Below, in pieces: positions 48,403 through 50,862 of a stretch of 50,862 bases of DNA. Position 1 is the first letter of the stretch. Every line of letters begins with the position of its first letter. The stretch spans positions 1-50,862 of the forward strand of contig JAHFML010000003.1 of NCBI GenBank assembly GCA_023269085.1. The letters are read 5' to 3'. Both the position numbers and the translations under genes were made by a program. The notes beneath the pieces are model-generated. The model was given only the letters and a program-made list of their open reading frames with translations, made no database searches and was not told the DNA's origin. Source of the stretch: a bacterium. Lineage in GTDB: Bacteria; Patescibacteriota; Minisyncoccia; Phycocordibacterales; Phycocordibacteraceae.

Positions 48403-48822
48403 ATGACTCCCGAGAAGAAATCAAAAGGAGAGAAGCAGTCAGCAACTGAAAAGTCGTTGAAGTCGATCGAAAAACACTTCTCCGTTATTGAAGAACAGAT
48501 TGAACACGGATTTACGCGGATGCACGCGCGCATGGACGATGAGTTTGAGCAAGTAAGTGCGCGATTTGAGAAGGTCGAGCGTGGCGTTCGCGCGCTTCAG
48601 ACCGGGCAGGACAACTTATACGAGCGGGTGGAGGAGATTCATCGCCGCACGGTAAATCTCGAACTTCGCGTCGAAGATGTTCGCGATACGCTTGCTGATA
48701 TTGTTGGGGCAGAAGAGAAGGACGCCGAGGCGACGATCAACCACGAGTTCCGCATCGCGCATCTCGAGCGCCTCGGCGGCATTATGAGCGCTCCGCCGCC
48801 CCACCTCGTGGGGCTCGAATAG
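48403..48822 (+). CDS. Coiled-coil hypothetical protein
   Basis: FEQVSARFEKVE heptads; ends HEFRIAHLE; TGGTATGCT promoter just upstream. Confidence 0.7.
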   Translation: MTPEKKSKGEKQSATEKSLKSIEKHFSVIEEQIEHGFTRMHARMDDEFEQVSARFEKVERGVRALQTGQDNLYERVEEIHRRTVNLELRVEDVRDTLADIVGAEEKDAEATINHEFRIAHLERLGGIMSAPPPHLVGLE

Positions 48823-48916
48823 CTGGCACGCCACCTGCTTGTTGACGATTTAGAGCAGGTGCGGTATCTTGGCAGTATCCCGTAGTTCAGTCGGATTTTT
48901 GGCTTGCGCTTGTGCG

Positions 48917-48936
48917 CCTGCCTGCCGGCAGGCAGG
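48917..48936. repeat. Perfect 20-bp palindrome CCTGCCTGCCGGCAGGCAGG in the rpsS leader
   Basis: Same element as 25971-25990. Confidence 0.85.
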
Positions 48937-48954
48937 GGTTTTTCATTACTTCCT

Positions 48955-49302
48955 ATGTCACGATCACTCAAGAAAGGACCCTTCGTGGACGCTAAGCTCC
49001 TGAAGAAGATCCTCGATAAGAAACCGGCTGAAGCCGGCGTGATTCGCACCTGGGCCCGCCGGAGCCAGATAAGCCCCGATATGCTCGGATTCACCTTCGG
49101 CATCCACAACGGCAAGAGCCATGTCGAGGTGACCGTGTCTGAGGACATGGTCGGACATCGCCTCGGCGAGTTCTCGCCGACGAAGAAGTTCGTCCGCCAT
49201 GGCGGCAAGATGCAGAAGGAGCTGGAGCAGAAGCGCCAGCAGGCCGAGATAACCGCCGCGAAGGCCGCCAAGGCGTCGCCCGCACCGGCGAAGAAGAAAT
49301 AA
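48955..49302 (+). CDS. rpsS: 30S ribosomal protein S19
   Basis: [38 protein letters not shown]. Confidence 0.98.
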   Translation: MSRSLKKGPFVDAKLLKKILDKKPAEAGVIRTWARRSQISPDMLGFTFGIHNGKSHVEVTVSEDMVGHRLGEFSPTKKFVRHGGKMQKELEQKRQQAEITAAKAAKASPAPAKKK

Positions 49303-49303
49303 T

Positions 49304-49633
49304 ATGTCCAGCGCAACTCTCAAGAGCCATAATCAGCCCGAGCGCAAGGTTCGCCTTGTGACCAACCTCGTGAAGGGTAAGTCGGTCACGGCCGCGCTCA
49401 CCGCGCTCGAGTTCCTCCCGCGTCGCGCCGCAGAGCCGGTCGCTAAGGTCATCAAGAGCGCCGCCGCGAACGCACAGCAGACAGGGAAGGAGGTCGCCGA
49501 CCTTGTCGTGAAGTCGATCATTGTCGAGAACGCCGGCATGACGAAGCGCTATCAGCCGCGCGCCTTCGGACGCGCGGCACCTATCCGCCGTCGCAAGAGT
49601 CGCATCATTGTTACCCTAGCGCCTAAAGCCTAG
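49304..49633 (+). CDS. rplV: 50S ribosomal protein L22
   Basis: RKVRLV, KSAAANA, PRAFGRA..IRRRKSRI. Confidence 0.96.
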   Translation: MSSATLKSHNQPERKVRLVTNLVKGKSVTAALTALEFLPRRAAEPVAKVIKSAAANAQQTGKEVADLVVKSIIVENAGMTKRYQPRAFGRAAPIRRRKSRIIVTLAPKA

Positions 49634-49647
49634 CGCCTAAATCTTTT

Positions 49648-50373
49648 ATGACCCACATCGTCCATCCCTACGCTCATCGCCTCGGCATCATCCGCGACTG
49701 GAAGAGTCGTTGGTTCGCCGCTGACAAGGCGAGCTTCCGTGAGAATGTGAAGGTCGATGAGATGATCCGCCGCTTCCTCGCCAAGCGCTTGCGTGGTACC
49801 TACTCGAGCAAGGTTGAGATCGAACGCTCGGCCGCAGAGCTTCGCGTCGCCGTCTCGACCGCGCGCCCGGGCCTCGTCATCGGCCGTTCGGGCGAGAACT
49901 CGGTCAAGCTTCGCGCGGATCTCGCGAAGGTCGTGCGCGCGGCCGCGCCGGCTGACAAGCGCGCCTTGAAGCTCGATGTCGTCGAGATCCACCAGCCCGA
50001 GACCGACGCGGCCGTCGTTGCCGGCATGGTGATTGAGGGGCTCGAGAAGCGTATGCCTTTCCGCCGTGTGCTGAAGCAGACGATCGAGAAGGTCATCGCT
50101 GTCCGCGAGGTCGAGGGCGTGCGCATCGCCGTCTCGGGCCGCTTGGGCGGGGCCGAGATGAGCCGCAAGGAGGAGTTGAAGAAGGGTCGCATCCCGCTCC
50201 AGACCTTCCGCGCCGACATCGACTACGCGCACGACGAGGCGCACCTGCCCTATGGTGTCATCGGCGTGAAGGTGTGGATCTTCCGCGGTAATGTCTATCA
50301 GGACAAGCGCGCGTCGGTGCGGATGCCCGAGGCGGCACCGATGCGCCTGCCTATACGGCAGGTAGGCGGCTAA
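49648..50373 (+). CDS. rpsC: 30S ribosomal protein S3
   Basis: HPYAHRLGI..WKSRWF, RPGLVIGR, SGRLGGAEM, PLQTFRADIDY, YGVIGVKVWI. Confidence 0.98.
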   Translation: MTHIVHPYAHRLGIIRDWKSRWFAADKASFRENVKVDEMIRRFLAKRLRGTYSSKVEIERSAAELRVAVSTARPGLVIGRSGENSVKLRADLAKVVRAAAPADKRALKLDVVEIHQPETDAAVVAGMVIEGLEKRMPFRRVLKQTIEKVIAVREVEGVRIAVSGRLGGAEMSRKEELKKGRIPLQTFRADIDYAHDEAHLPYGVIGVKVWIFRGNVYQDKRASVRMPEAAPMRLPIRQVGG

Positions 50374-50382
50374 TTTTGACAT

Positions 50383-50805
<423 letters not shown>

Positions 50806-50824
50806 TTGCTTTCTATTGAATACT

Positions 50825-50862
50825 ATGACAAAAAGAGAAGTAATGACGACCAAGACTGATGC
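50825..50862 (+). CDS. Start of the next gene, probably L29 by synteny (truncated by window edge)
   Basis: ATG 19 nt after rplP; only MTKREVMTTKTD is visible. Confidence 0.4.
   Translation, partial: MTKREVMTTKTD

Overview
This window is a GC-rich chromosome segment, most likely from a Patescibacteria/CPR (Parcubacteria-type) bacterium. That placement is inferred from the gene families, the split ribosomal operons, the mostly SD-less genes and standard code 11. Core genes are xth, a Xer recombinase, rpsO, a dksA-like gene, comM, LysM-M23, intein-containing pcrA/uvrD, rsmA, rpsL-rpsG, fusA, a MacAB-type exporter, tRNA-Ser(GCT), comF, pilM and rpsS-rplV-rpsC-rplP. Accessory DNA includes a DinJ-YafQ toxin-antitoxin pair, two Fic proteins, a small island at the comM 3' end, and an AT-rich 7.7-kb restriction-modification/defence island in tRNA-Ser. 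Two things stand out. (1) Four dispersed paralogous secreted proteins (13266, 29821, 30957, 46654) share a constant N-terminus, up to 218 bp identical, and swap C-terminal tips at a G(N/K)VGIG junction. Each has a poly-G tract (G11, G10, G10, G7) between the putative -35 and -10 boxes, making this a candidate phase-variable, module-shuffling adhesin repertoire. (2) The tRNA-Ser island carries an internal inverted copy of its own attP, and attP lies inside the serine recombinase gene, so inversion would swap the integrase C-terminus. All family assignments come from motif recognition by eye; no database searches were run.
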